Part shown: positions 28,793 to 41,097 of the stretch, piece after piece
How the letters are laid out: each line of letters starts with the position of its first letter
Position numbering within the stretch: the first letter of the stretch is position 1
Source: Dehalococcoidia bacterium
GTDB taxonomy: Bacteria; Chloroflexota; Dehalococcoidia; Plut-88900
DNA length: 64,000 nucleotides
Direction: 5' to 3'
Assembly (NCBI GenBank): GCA_965197645.1
Contig: OZ240219.1
Coordinates: 1,408,001 to 1,472,000, forward strand
Position numbers and translations under genes: made by a program
The notes under the pieces: model-generated
What the model was told of the DNA's origin: nothing
Database searches by the model: none
What the model saw: only the letters and a program-made list of their open reading frames with translations

Positions 28793-29551
28793 ATGACAGA
28801 CGGATTGGAAAACAAGGTGGCAGTGGTAACCGGTGGAGGATCGGGGATCGGGAGGGCGACGGCCTTAGCCTTCGTGCGAGAGGGAGCCAGAGTCGCCGTG
28901 GCGGACCTGGACGTAAGAGGTGGGGAAGAGACCGTGCAGCGGATTCAGGAGTCCGGTGGGCAGGGATTCTTCATACAGGCTGATGTCTCGGATGCAGGGC
29001 AAGTGGAACGGATGGTCAACCGGGTGATCGAGGTCTACGGAGGGTTGGACTGCGCATACAACAACGCCGGCATAGAGGGCATATGGGAGCGGGTCCCGGA
29101 CTATCCAGAATCCGATTGGGACAGGGTCATGGCCGTCAATCTCAAGGGCGTGTGGCTGTGCATGAAGTACGAAATTCCCCACATGCTCGGTCGGGGCGGC
29201 GCTATAGTGAACACCTCGTCGATCAGCGGCCTGGCAGCGAGCCCTCGAATGGGGGCTTACGTCGCCAGCAAACACGGCGTAATAGGCGTAACCAAGACCG
29301 CGGCGCTTGAATACGCCGAGCGAGGGATAAGGGTCAACGCTGTGTGCCCCGGCTCCATCGAGACGCCGATGGCGGAGCGACTCAAGTCATGGAGCCCCGA
29401 CGCAGAGCAGAGGATCATCGATAGTCACCCACTAGGCCGGGAGGGGTTTCCGCAGGAGATAGCCGAAGCGGTGGTCTGGCTGTGCTCCGATGCGGCGACC
29501 TTCGTCACCGGCCAGGCGATCTCGGTGGACGGCGGGTTTATGGCCCAGTAG
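28793..29551 (+). CDS. Short-chain dehydrogenase/reductase
   Basis: TGGGSGIG, NNAG, YVASK, VNAVCPG. Confidence 0.93.
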   Translation: MTDGLENKVAVVTGGGSGIGRATALAFVREGARVAVADLDVRGGEETVQRIQESGGQGFFIQADVSDAGQVERMVNRVIEVYGGLDCAYNNAGIEGIWERVPDYPESDWDRVMAVNLKGVWLCMKYEIPHMLGRGGAIVNTSSISGLAASPRMGAYVASKHGVIGVTKTAALEYAERGIRVNAVCPGSIETPMAERLKSWSPDAEQRIIDSHPLGREGFPQEIAEAVVWLCSDAATFVTGQAISVDGGFMAQ

Positions 29552-29554
29552 GAG

Positions 29555-30331
29555 CTAGCGGCCGTTGCCTGGGTTGGACAGGGTGAAGAGGGTGTAGGAA
29601 TCGGTCCAGCTAATGGAATCGAGGTCCGGGTAGGCATTTTGTACGTTCTGCTGGAACTCCCTGAGTGCGTAGCTGAACTCGTCCCGCTCGTAGAGGGAGA
29701 AGGTGGAGTAGTGGCGGCCCTTCGCCTGCTCCAACAGGTCTTGGATGGAGGCCCGTCTCCGGAAGGAGAAGGGCGTGACCCTGACGTCGAACAGCTCGCT
29801 GCCGTGCCGTCGCAGCTCGGACTCGGTGTAGAGACGGTCCTCTTTTTCGCAGAAATCGGGGAAGAACCGGCCCCAGATGTGCTTGGTGTTCTGCTCTCGG
29901 AGCCTGGTATAGATGAAGGCCTTGCCATTGGGCTCCAGGACACGGCGGACCTCCGATAGAAATCCAGCGGCGTCGAAGTGGTGTATAGCGTTAAAGGTGG
30001 TGATTGCGTCGAGCTCGTTATCTGCAAAGGGCAACTCAGAAGCGCTGGCCTGGATGGGTATGAAGCTGGGCAATATAGCCGGGTCGACCCGGGCGACCAT
30101 CTCGTCCAACATGGCCCGGGTGAAGTCGACGCAAAACATGGTGGTATCCGGCCCGAGGTAATCGAACAGGAGCTGGGTATAGCGGCCGGTGCCGCAACCG
30201 ATGTCCGCTACCCTCAATCCGGGTTTTCGGTCCAAGGAACGCCATATCCTGTCGATTGGCGCTTCGTCCGTGGTCCTGAGTTCTCTGTAGACTGCCGCCA
30301 CAGAAGTAAAATGCTCCTGGACAGACTGCAT
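29555..30331 (-). CDS. Class I SAM-dependent methyltransferase
   Basis: DIGCGTG, LPFAD, AIHHF, RVLEPNG. Confidence 0.88.
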   Translation of the reverse strand: MQSVQEHFTSVAAVYRELRTTDEAPIDRIWRSLDRKPGLRVADIGCGTGRYTQLLFDYLGPDTTMFCVDFTRAMLDEMVARVDPAILPSFIPIQASASELPFADNELDAITTFNAIHHFDAAGFLSEVRRVLEPNGKAFIYTRLREQNTKHIWGRFFPDFCEKEDRLYTESELRRHGSELFDVRVTPFSFRRRASIQDLLEQAKGRHYSTFSLYERDEFSYALREFQQNVQNAYPDLDSISWTDSYTLFTLSNPGNGR

Positions 30332-30497
30332 TCTCCACCTCCGTCAGTGCAGATTAGTAGTAACCGTACGAGCGGCGAATATCGATCAGGACCGCTGATT
30401 GGCTGACCCCGATCGCTTCCCCCAGAAAGAACCGCCGCTTGCCTCGACCCTCGTTGACTCCTCCGCCAGATACAAGGGCCGGTGTGATTGTCGGGTA

Positions 30498-30574
<77 letters not shown>

Positions 30575-30716
30575 ACGCACGGGCACTAGACTAGCATAAA
30601 GCCCCAGCCTGTTCAATAGTTTACAAGCGAGACTGCTCGATGGAGGTTTCGGTCTCCCTTTGCCCACCATCGCGCAGATTGGGCCGGACTTGGCCGGCGG
30701 AGGATACGGTTGAGCA

Positions 30717-30850
30717 TGCCTCAAAAGTACGGATGGCTTAGTCCCAACCGCCCACCCTCGGAAGGTTTTGTAGATGGAGGAATATCCCCCAGCCCCCACC
30801 ATTCAGGGAAAGAAACCCTCTGGACTCCTTCAAAGCGGTGTTCTGAGACT
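30717..30850 (-). repeat. 134-bp MITE-like repeat, copy C (inverted)
   Basis: Reverse complement aligns end to end with 22663-22796; same length. Confidence 0.85.
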
Positions 30851-30925
30851 GACTCGGTTGGGTTATCTGCCAGCCTCCGGGGGCGTCGGGATCGACGTAA
30901 CATCGGGTATAATGGGGCGTTGGAT

Positions 30926-31597
30926 ATGAAGGTTCGGCAGCTACACAGGTGGGATATAGGCATCCAGGAGGCCAAAGAGGTACAACAAGGCCTCGCCTCC
31001 CGGGTCTCGACGGTCGATTCCCTGGCGTCTCCGAGGCACGTGGCCGGAATCGACATATCGGGGGCCGACGAGAAGGGCGTGGCGAAGGGAGCGGCGGTGC
31101 TGGTGAGTTTCCCCGGCCTCAATGTACTGGAGGTCTCGGTGGTGGAGGACGAGGTCAGCTTTCCCTACGTGCCCGGACTCCTTTCATTCCGGGAGTCGCC
31201 CCTGGTGTTGAAGGCACTGGAGGGCCTGTCCATAGAGCCGGACCTGCTCATGGTGGACGGCCAGGGCATGGCGCATCCCCGTCGATTTGGCATCGCCTGT
31301 CACGTCGGGTTGCTGCTGGACCTGCCGACCATCGGGTGTGCCAAGTCCCGCCTGTTTGGGACCCACGCAGCGCCGGGCAACGAGGTGGGTGACTTCTCGG
31401 AGCTGTACGACGGCGACGACGTGATCGGCATCGCTCTTAGGACCAAGGCGAAGACCAACCCGATATACGTTTCGGTAGGGCACAGGGTGGCCCTGGACTC
31501 GGCTCGCAGGTGGACTCTGGAATGCGGCGGAGGGTACCGGGTGCCGGAGCCTACCAGGTACGCTCATCTGGCCGCCGGCGGCAAACTCAAGACGTAA
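30926..31597 (+). CDS. nfi: Endonuclease V
   Basis: AGIDIS, FPYVPGLLSFRE, VDGQGMAHPRRFGIACH, PIYVSVGH, PEPTR. Confidence 0.95.
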   Translation: MKVRQLHRWDIGIQEAKEVQQGLASRVSTVDSLASPRHVAGIDISGADEKGVAKGAAVLVSFPGLNVLEVSVVEDEVSFPYVPGLLSFRESPLVLKALEGLSIEPDLLMVDGQGMAHPRRFGIACHVGLLLDLPTIGCAKSRLFGTHAAPGNEVGDFSELYDGDDVIGIALRTKAKTNPIYVSVGHRVALDSARRWTLECGGGYRVPEPTRYAHLAAGGKLKT

Positions 31598-31659
31598 TCG
31601 CCAAGATAGAAACAGGGAGAGCAACCAGGCCTCCCGGACTGAACAACGGAGACATCTAT

Positions 31660-32761
31660 ATGGAAGAGCAGAAACGGTTGGCAGGACAGCTGAGAGCGAG
31701 GACCACAGAGCTGTTGGACCGTCTTTGACATCTCCAGCAAGGAAAAAGAGGCCAAGAGGCTGGAAAAAGAGGCGTCCAGACCCGACTTCTGGAACGACAG
31801 GTCCAAGGCCCAGGCCACGATGCGCCAGCTTTCCAGGATCAACGAAGAGACCCGCATGTGGCGAGACCTGGAGCGGCGCATATCGTCGCTGGACGAGCTG
31901 ATAGACCTGTCGATGGCTGAGGAGGACCTTTCTCTCGAGGAGCAGATCGATGGAGAGCTGGGTGACGTCCAGAACGAGCTTGCCGATCTCGACTTGCGCC
32001 TCTCTCTGGGCGGCAAATACGATGGCGAATCGGCCATCCTGGCGGTCCACGCCGGAGCCGGCGGCACCGATTCTCAGGACTGGACCGAGATCCTGCTCCG
32101 CATGTACACCCGTTGGGCCGACGGCAGGGGGCGCCCGTCCAGGATACTGGACATCTCACCGGGCGAAGAGGCCGGCATCAAGAGCGTCACCCTGGAGATA
32201 GATGGAGCCTTCGCCTACGGGTATCTGAAATCGGAGAGGGGGGTGCATCGCCTGGTACGCATCTCCCCCTTTGACGCCTCCCACAGCAGGCACACCTCCT
32301 TCGCGCTGGTTGAAGTGCTTCCCCGGGTCGAAGAGGACGTGGACGTGGTGGTTTCTCCCGACGACATCAAGATGGACGTGTTCAAGGCCAGCGGCGCCGG
32401 AGGGCAGCACGTGCAGAAGAACTTGACCGCCGTCCGGATAACCCACCTGCCGACGGGCATGGTGGTGACCTGCCAGAACGAGCGTTCCCAGCTTCAGAAC
32501 CGGGAGACGGCCATGAGGATTTTGAAGGCTCGCTTGTTGGAAAAGGAGCTGGAGAAGCGCGCCGTAGAACAGGCGAAGCTGAAGGGAGAACACGTGGAGG
32601 CGGGGTGGGGCAACCAGATCAGGTCCTATGTCCTGCATCCCTACAAGCTGGTGCAAGACTATCGCTCCAAGTACGAATCGACGAACCCGGAGGCGATATT
32701 GGACGGAGACCTGGACGAGTTGCTGAATGCCAGTCTGAAATCGAGTATCGGGGCCAAGTAG
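31660..32761 (+). CDS. prfB: Peptide chain release factor 2, +1 programmed frameshift; join(31660..31725,31727..32761)
   Basis: 22-codon ORF ending CTT TGA C; the +1 frame continues DISSKEKE...FWND...; SPF and GGQ motifs. Confidence 0.95.
31723..31729 (+). promoter_or_regulatory. prfB +1 frameshift site CTT-TGA-C
   Basis: Canonical slippery codon and weak stop at the expected position. Confidence 0.92.
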
Positions 32762-32899
32762 CCGGCAGGGCCGGCAGGCGGCGCCCGCATTGAGGCCTGC
32801 TGGAAGTTGTAGAGCTCGTCAGATGACGGGACGACTCTGCTCCCGACGCAATTGGCCCCCTTCCTCAACCCGCGTTCCCCCCGTCAACTCTGGCAAATC

Positions 32900-33068
32900 C
32901 CGGGAGTCCGGAGGGTTTCTTTCCCTTGATGGCAGGTCAGGGTTCAGTTAGGAATCCGACTGGGAATGTCGGTATCTCCGTTTCCAATTGCCGGGGGGGG
33001 GCTTGGGGGATGTTCCCCCAGCTAACAAAACCGGCCGAGGGCGGGTGGTCGGGAGCCAAGTATCGGTT
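32900..33068 (+). repeat. MITE-like repeat, copy D (interrupted by ~55 bp)
   Basis: GGGAGTCCGGAGGGTTTCTTTCCCT at 32901, then GGGGGATGTTCCCCCAGCTAACAAAACCGGCCGAGGGCGGGTGGTCGGGA at ~33005. Confidence 0.7.
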
Positions 33069-33100
33069 TGGCAAGGAGAGTGTGCGATGAGGCACAACGG

Positions 33101-34561
33101 ATGAACACTACAGGCTGGGAGGACGACTACAAGCGGAAGACCGTTTCCCCGGAACAGGCGGTCCGGGCCATCAAATCGGGAGACAACGTTATCTTCCCCA
33201 ACGTGTACATCGGAATACTGCCGCATGCCATAGTCGGTCGCCGAGGGGAGTTGCGGAATGTAACCATCGACTGTTCCGCGCCCTTTTACGACCCGGGATG
33301 GTTTTCACCGGGCATGGAGGAATCGTTCACCCCGGTCATACGCACATTCTTGTATGCGATGCGCTACGTCCACGATGCGGGATGGGTCCCATTTCTTCCC
33401 TACACCCATGGCACATGGATCAAACCCCATCGGGACAATCGGTCGACAAAGCGGGATATCGACGTGTTCATCGTAGAGGTCTCGACACCGGACGAGAACG
33501 GGTTCTGCTATTTTGGCCGGGGTGTCTGGGAAAGCGCTTACTTCGCCAAGCACGCCAATACGATGATTGCGGAGGTAGATGCGGATCTGGTCAGGCCTCG
33601 AGGAGATGCGTCGGTCCATGTTTCAGAGATCGACTATGTAGTCGATATCACAGCCGACCCGTTGAGCCAAACTGAAGTGGAGCGACTGGTCAGCCGCATT
33701 CCTGAGGTGAAGCGGGAGAGAGCTCGAAGGTACGTTACCGCTATGGAACCCAGGCTGGCACGCGCGATACTGCCCATCGTAGACGATGTGGACGTCGGCA
33801 AGTTGGAAGGAGCGCTGTACGTCGACAGCCCGACAGAGGTGATGAAATCGATAGCCGAGAACCTGAAGCCGGTCCTGCGAGACGGAGACACTATACAGAT
33901 CGGGGCCGGCAGTCACACCCGGCACCTGGTGCAGCTTGGGGTCTTCGACCACCTGAACGATCTGGGCATCTTTTCCGAGATGGCGTGTCCCGGCATGGCT
34001 TTCCTCGTGGAACGCGGCATCGCGACGAGTAGATATGCCGAGCTACATCCCGGCAAGGCGGTCTTTACCAGCTTCCTGGGTATGCTTCCGGATGAGACGA
34101 AATGGGCAGGCGATAATCCCTTGTTCGAGCTGCATCCCGGCGAGCATGTTGTCAACATTACCAACATCGCCAGGCAAGACAACATAGTCGCCATCAACAA
34201 CGCAGTGCAGATAGACCTGACCGGCCAGATAACCTGTGAATCGCAGTTTGGGCCGCGGCTGCTAAACGGGGCGGGGGGGCAGATCGAGTTTCATATCGGA
34301 GCTTTTCTATCGGCCGGTGGTCGGGCTGTTACACTGCTGCCGTCGACCTGGGGAGATCCGGCGGTATCGACCATCGTTCCCTACTTCGATAGCGGCACCC
34401 TCGTAACCCTCTCGAGATACTGGGCCGACTACGTGGTGACCGAGTGGGGTGTCGCCCAACTGGCAGGCAGAACTCACCGCGAGCGCGCCCGGGAGTTGAT
34501 AGCGATAGCCCACCCCAAGTTCAGGAGCGAGCTGACGGAAGCGGCACAGAACATACATTGA
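33101..34561 (+). CDS. Acetyl-CoA hydrolase/transferase family (4-hydroxybutyrate CoA-transferase-like)
   Basis: DGDTIQIGAG, LGIFSEM, AINNAVQIDLTGQ, GAGGQ, YVVTEWGVA, IAHPKFR. Confidence 0.88.
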   Translation: MNTTGWEDDYKRKTVSPEQAVRAIKSGDNVIFPNVYIGILPHAIVGRRGELRNVTIDCSAPFYDPGWFSPGMEESFTPVIRTFLYAMRYVHDAGWVPFLPYTHGTWIKPHRDNRSTKRDIDVFIVEVSTPDENGFCYFGRGVWESAYFAKHANTMIAEVDADLVRPRGDASVHVSEIDYVVDITADPLSQTEVERLVSRIPEVKRERARRYVTAMEPRLARAILPIVDDVDVGKLEGALYVDSPTEVMKSIAENLKPVLRDGDTIQIGAGSHTRHLVQLGVFDHLNDLGIFSEMACPGMAFLVERGIATSRYAELHPGKAVFTSFLGMLPDETKWAGDNPLFELHPGEHVVNITNIARQDNIVAINNAVQIDLTGQITCESQFGPRLLNGAGGQIEFHIGAFLSAGGRAVTLLPSTWGDPAVSTIVPYFDSGTLVTLSRYWADYVVTEWGVAQLAGRTHRERARELIAIAHPKFRSELTEAAQNIH

Positions 34562-34677
34562 AAGCCCCGTCCGCTTCCTGATAACGGACTGGTAAGCCGT
34601 CCTTGTCCCGGGGGCTTAAGCGACGCTTCGATGATCGTCTAGCCTGGCGCAGACGCCGCGCGGCGTCGACCGAGGCG

Positions 34678-35322
34678 TTAAGTCGACTGGCCTCCCTCTT
34701 CCTCGGCGGAGGCGCGGCGTACCTCCAGCAGCCGTTGGAAGGCGGTCAGGTAGGACAGGACCGATAGCACCCACAGGGCCAAACGGACTCTACCCAGGAG
34801 CAGGCCCAGGGCAAGGATGATCGTACGTTCGCTGCGTGTCAGGACGCCAACGTCGCACTTGATGCCTACGCTCTCGGAGCGGGCCCGGATGTAGCTGACC
34901 AGTACCGATCCCAGCAAGGTGCCGTAGACCAGGAACGTCTTTAAGGTAGATCCCTTTCGGGCGTACTGGACCAGCAACCCGGAGAGGACCGCTCCCTCGG
35001 AGAACCGGTCCATAGTGGCGTCCAGCACCAGGCCGAACTTGGTCGACTGGCCGGTAAGCCTGGCCAAAGCGCCATCGAGAGCGTCCATCACTCCGGCGGC
35101 CAAGACCAGAACCCCACCCCTTTTTGGATGGCCGCGAGCGATAGTATGCCCCGCCGCCATCCCCAACAACGCTCCGGCGATGGTAACCTTGTTTGGGGTG
35201 ACACCCAGTCCCGCCAGAAGGCCCGCCGCAGGCTCGGTGAAGTTCTTGGTCAGGATCTCCTTGGCCTTCTCCCGCAGGATACGAGCGTTCAGGGGCGGAT
35301 GTTTATCTTGGGTTGGCGCCAT
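34678..35322 (-). CDS. CDP-alcohol phosphatidyltransferase (phosphatidylinositol-phosphate synthase-like)
   Basis: TPNKVT, DALDGALAR...G..LDATMDR, SYIRARSE, RSER. Confidence 0.88.
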   Translation of the reverse strand: MAPTQDKHPPLNARILREKAKEILTKNFTEPAAGLLAGLGVTPNKVTIAGALLGMAAGHTIARGHPKRGGVLVLAAGVMDALDGALARLTGQSTKFGLVLDATMDRFSEGAVLSGLLVQYARKGSTLKTFLVYGTLLGSVLVSYIRARSESVGIKCDVGVLTRSERTIILALGLLLGRVRLALWVLSVLSYLTAFQRLLEVRRASAEEEGGQST

Positions 35323-35342
35323 CTTGGTTGATCCGGCCGAGG

Positions 35343-36515
35343 CTAGGAGGAGGCCGCCGGCACCGGCTCCAACCGGGGGATAGGTGTGTCCTGGTAGACG
35401 GACATGACCCTATTTGCCACCTTCGGCCAGCTGTACTCCTGTACGTTGCGCAGGCCTCGCCCACCCAGCTTGAGTCGCAGATCTCGATCTTCTATGAGCT
35501 TGGCGAGGGTCTCCGCCAGCTCCGCGTCCCGTTTGGGCGGCACCAGGAATCCCTCTTCGCCATCCACCATGACATCGTCATAGCCCCTGATCCGGGAGGC
35601 GACTATTGGTGTGCCGGTGGCCATCGCTTCCAGGAGCACTATGCCGAAGCTCTCGTTGCCCGTGGTAGGGGCACAGAAGATATCGGCGGTTTTGTAGTAT
35701 CTGGGGAGGTCCTCGTAGGATGCGGCGCCTGCAATCACCACGTCTTCAGGGCTTCGCTCTCCTATCAGCCGCTCCGAGTCGGGGTCCAGCTTGCCCGGCC
35801 CGACCACTATGAGCCTGATGTTGGGGTAGTCCCACTTGAGCCGGGTGTAAGCCGCCAGCAGGTACCTGAGCCCCTTCCGCTTCTCCAGACGCCCGACGAA
35901 CAGGATGTTCACCTTGCCGTCCAGGTACTGCTCGAAGGGCTCTGCGTTAGGGGTATAGTGGTCCAGGTCTATTCCGTTGGGGATGATCTGATAATCGCTG
36001 GGGAAGTGGTTGGCCACGAAATCCCGAGCGGCGGCGGAGACCGCTATCTTGGCGTACAGCTTGTCCAGCCAGTGGCTGCGAACGTAGCTGTTGAAGATGG
36101 TGTACATCCTATCGGCGAAGGACACCCCCAGTATGCGTCGGCTGCCGTGAGAGGCGTGAAAGGTGCCGATGTTTCGAGCGGTGGAAAACTTCAGGATAGT
36201 TGTTGGCAAGGTGGGGCAGAGGGGTTCGTGAAGATGTATAACGTCGAACTTCTCCCGCTCCAGGAGTGGTTTCACCTTGGGGGCAAGCCGCATGGAGAGG
36301 GTGAGCCGTGCCAGGGTGCCGGCGCTGGGGATGGTGAGGGGCATACCCAGGGGTATCAGCATCTCACCGCCGAAGGTGGCAGGTGGGCGGGAGCACGGGG
36401 CAATGATCTTTACCTCGTGCCCCATGCGGGTGAACTCCTGGGCCAGGTGTGCGCAGTGCAGGTTCACTCCACCCGGATGACCGAAGTCGTAGATGGACAC
36501 TATCGCTATTTTCAA
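35343..36515 (-). CDS. GT4 glycosyltransferase, PimA-like phosphatidylinositol alpha-mannosyltransferase
   Basis: YDFGHPGGV, HLHEP, GTFH, KIAVS, IPNG, RKG, GNESFGIVLLEAMA. Confidence 0.8.
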   Translation of the reverse strand: MKIAIVSIYDFGHPGGVNLHCAHLAQEFTRMGHEVKIIAPCSRPPATFGGEMLIPLGMPLTIPSAGTLARLTLSMRLAPKVKPLLEREKFDVIHLHEPLCPTLPTTILKFSTARNIGTFHASHGSRRILGVSFADRMYTIFNSYVRSHWLDKLYAKIAVSAAARDFVANHFPSDYQIIPNGIDLDHYTPNAEPFEQYLDGKVNILFVGRLEKRKGLRYLLAAYTRLKWDYPNIRLIVVGPGKLDPDSERLIGERSPEDVVIAGAASYEDLPRYYKTADIFCAPTTGNESFGIVLLEAMATGTPIVASRIRGYDDVMVDGEEGFLVPPKRDAELAETLAKLIEDRDLRLKLGGRGLRNVQEYSWPKVANRVMSVYQDTPIPRLEPVPAASS

Positions 36516-37510
36516 GATCGTGATAGTCCGCTGGACAAGGTTGCCGGCGTCTTACCGCCGTTTCGAGATTTGGCTGGTTGAAGTATACCAGCACCGTTGA
36601 GAGGTCGAGCGGGCTGGGTCTCCCATATCGGATCGAAAACTACCCACTGCCCAGGAAAGCGCCTGATGTACTTCTCCATCAGGGCGACTATCCTGGCGAA
36701 CAGCTGGCTGCTGGCTTCGGGCCCGCCGCCGTTGGCGGACGCCTCTATGGGCGGTTCGAAGTAGAAGACCGAGTGGTTGTCCTTGAGCCTGGCCGTGAAG
36801 GCGGGGACTATGGAGGCCCCGGTACGATGGGCCAGCTTGACGGCGCCCACCGGCAGCAGAGCCGGTTTGCCCATAAACTCGGTCAAGACGCCGCTTCCCT
36901 GGATGGCCCTATCGCAGGCGATAGCCACCACCTCACCCCGTTTCAGCCGCTGGATCGCCGTTTTGAGGCCGGAATATGTGACGGGCAACAGGGACATCCC
37001 GTTGTGCCCGCGCAGCCGTCTACTGAGCCTATCCAGACTGGGCGGCTCCAGCACCTCGCTCAAGATGGTAAGTTTGATGGAGCGGGCCTGGATGACCTGC
37101 ACCGCCACGTCCATGTTGCCCATGTGGACCGAAGCCAGCAGGACGCCGCGGCCTCTTGCGATGGCCTTCTCCAGGTGGTGCCAGCCGTGGACGGTAAGTT
37201 TGTTCTCGGAAGAATCGGCGTCGAATCGAGGCAGCCTGATCATGTCCAGCCAGTTTCGGCCGGCGTTTCGGAAGACCTCCCGGGTGACGTGACTGACCCT
37301 GCCGTCGGTCACGTTCGGGCCCAGGACGTGCCTGACGTTGGAGGAGATGCTTGCCCGGGAGCGGTGATCTAGCAGGAAGCTAAAATCTGATATTGCCCGG
37401 GTCATCAGGTAGCCCAGCCTGGGAGGAAGGGGCGCCAGGACCACCAGGCCGGTGAGCGTAGCCCAGTATTTCCACCGCGGCGGTTTCGGTTTGGAGGTAC
37501 TGTTAGCCAC
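36512..37510 (-). CDS. Lipid acyltransferase (LpxL/PatA family), PIM acyltransferase-like
   Basis: GRGVLL..HMGN, DR, GAVKLA.RTGA, PGQW. Confidence 0.8.
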   Translation of the reverse strand: MANSTSKPKPPRWKYWATLTGLVVLAPLPPRLGYLMTRAISDFSFLLDHRSRASISSNVRHVLGPNVTDGRVSHVTREVFRNAGRNWLDMIRLPRFDADSSENKLTVHGWHHLEKAIARGRGVLLASVHMGNMDVAVQVIQARSIKLTILSEVLEPPSLDRLSRRLRGHNGMSLLPVTYSGLKTAIQRLKRGEVVAIACDRAIQGSGVLTEFMGKPALLPVGAVKLAHRTGASIVPAFTARLKDNHSVFYFEPPIEASANGGGPEASSQLFARIVALMEKYIRRFPGQWVVFDPIWETQPARPLNGAGILQPAKSRNGGKTPATLSSGLSRS

Positions 37511-37574
37511 CTTTTCTCCGGGTGTCCAGTCTCCAGAAGCGGTGTCTCTTCTATCTGACCCGGATACCGTAACG

Positions 37575-38657
37575 CTACTCGACGTGCCCGTTCTGGTTGA
37601 TGAAGTCCTCCACCATCTCCCGGGCCTCGTCGTCGGTGTGCTGAATGGGAGGCGATTTCATGAAGTAGGCCGATGGGGCCTCCAGCGTGCCGCCGATGCC
37701 CCGGTCCAGAGCTACCTTGCAGCAGCGAATGGCGTCTATCACCACCCCGGCCGAGTTGGGGCTGTCCCACACCTCCAGCTTCAACTCCAGGTTCAGGGGT
37801 ACGTCCCCGAAGGTCCGGCCCTCCATGCGGATGTAGCACCACTTCCGGTCCTCCAGCCACGGCACGTAGTCGCTGGGGCCGATGTGGATGTTGGAGGCTC
37901 CGATATCGTAATCCAGTTGTGAAACGACGGAGTTGGTCTTGGAGATCTTCTTGGAGTGCAGCCGGTCTCGCTCCAGCATGTTGAGGAAGTCGGTGTTGCC
38001 TCCGAAGTTGAGCTGGTAGGTCTTCTCCAGCTTGACGCCCCGGTCTTGGAACAGCCTGGTCAGGACCCGATGGGAGATGGTGGCGCCTACCTGGGACTTG
38101 ATGTCATCCCCGATGACGGGCAGGCCCTTCTCAGCGAACCGGTTCTGCCAGTACTGCTCTCTGCCTATGAAGACAGGCACGCAGTTGATGAAGGCGCACC
38201 CGGCGGAGAGGACCTGTTCGACATACCACTTGGTGGCCTCCTCGCTGCCCACGGGCAGGTAGTTGACTACCACGTCCGTCTCCCGCTCCCGAAGGATCTG
38301 GGCGATATCGGCGGTAGAGCCGGGGGCTTTGGTTATGGTCTCGGAGAGGTACTTGCCCAGGCCGTCGTGGGTCATGCCCCGTTCTACCGTCACCTGCATA
38401 GGAGGGACATCGCAGAACTTGACGGTGTTGTTTTGCCCGGCGAAGACCGCCTCGGACAGGTCCTTGCCCACCTTCTCCTTATCCACATCGAACGCGGCTA
38501 CGATGTTGATGTCGGAGATGGGATAGCCGCCCAGCTCAGGATGCATGAGGCCGGGGATGAAGTCCCCGTTAGTGGCGTTCTTGTAATAGTAGATGCCCTG
38601 GACCAGCGATGAGGCACAGTTGCCCACGCCGACGATTGCGACGTTGATCTTGCTCAA
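37575..38657 (-). CDS. ino1: myo-Inositol-1-phosphate synthase
   Basis: [49 protein letters not shown]; TTG start after GGAGG. Confidence 0.95.
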   Translation of the reverse strand: MSKINVAIVGVGNCASSLVQGIYYYKNATNGDFIPGLMHPELGGYPISDINIVAAFDVDKEKVGKDLSEAVFAGQNNTVKFCDVPPMQVTVERGMTHDGLGKYLSETITKAPGSTADIAQILRERETDVVVNYLPVGSEEATKWYVEQVLSAGCAFINCVPVFIGREQYWQNRFAEKGLPVIGDDIKSQVGATISHRVLTRLFQDRGVKLEKTYQLNFGGNTDFLNMLERDRLHSKKISKTNSVVSQLDYDIGASNIHIGPSDYVPWLEDRKWCYIRMEGRTFGDVPLNLELKLEVWDSPNSAGVVIDAIRCCKVALDRGIGGTLEAPSAYFMKSPPIQHTDDEAREMVEDFINQNGHVE

Positions 38658-39163
38658 GTTGTTCCTCCAGTTTACGCGGCTTCGACGGCGAGGGTCTCTC
38701 GAGGTTATTCCTCTGAGAGGCCCCATCCCCCGTTGGGCAGACCCGATGGGGTCACACCCGTCGCTGGCTCACCTCCTGCGTCAAGGGGAACGGCCGTATG
38801 ATAGACACAGTAAATCTACATATTCAGTTGGGTGTTGGTCAGGCTTGTCGCGCCTCTCTGGGCTGCGACCCGGTCCGGGAAGTAGGAGATGCCCCGGTAG
38901 AGCGAAGATATTTTATTAGGACTTGTCTATAGTTGTGTCTGCGCCAGAGGCCGATCGACCATTTAGGTTGCTGCGGCCGTTGCGCCCGTTATCCCGGCGC
39001 CGCTTGGCAGGGATGTTCCTTATCGAGTGCGCACGAATATACTCGGTGAGGACTGGAACTGTCAAGGCCAATCGGTATTATGCGCAAACGTCCGAAGGTG
39101 GCGTGGCGGCCAAGCCCCGAGTACGGAAGGGAATAACGAGCCGGGAAGACGGTTGAATTTGTA

Positions 39164-39193
39164 TTGACATCGGTTTCGAGGGCGTGATAGGCT
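39164..39193 (+). promoter_or_regulatory. rRNA promoter
   Basis: TTGACA at 39164 and extended -10 TGnTAGGCT upstream of the 16S leader. Confidence 0.7.
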
Positions 39194-39262
39194 TATAGCT
39201 GTTCTCAGCACCTTAACAACTGGATAGTGGAAGGAAGTCTACGGTAAGAAAAAGCCAACGTA

Positions 39263-40877
<1,615 letters not shown>

Positions 40878-41013
40878 GGGAGCTATTCCTTCCCTAACCG
40901 GAAGGACACTCCTAGGTCGATCTCTCCGGTCCTCGGACCGGAGGGTCACAAAATCCCGCCAAGGGCGGGTCCTTCCTTCCACTATCCAGCTGTTAAGGTT
41001 TCAGCAGGGCAAC

Positions 41014-41048
41014 AAAGCGGGGCGGCATTGCCGCCCCGCTTTACTTTT
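41014..41048 (+). terminator. Rho-independent terminator of the 16S transcript
   Basis: AAAGCGGGGCGGC-ATT-GCCGCCCCGCTTT followed by ACTTTT. Confidence 0.85.
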
Positions 41049-41097
41049 GGTTATGGGCCGGACCAACCTCAGGTGTTAGACTCGCTGCAAGAGGGGG

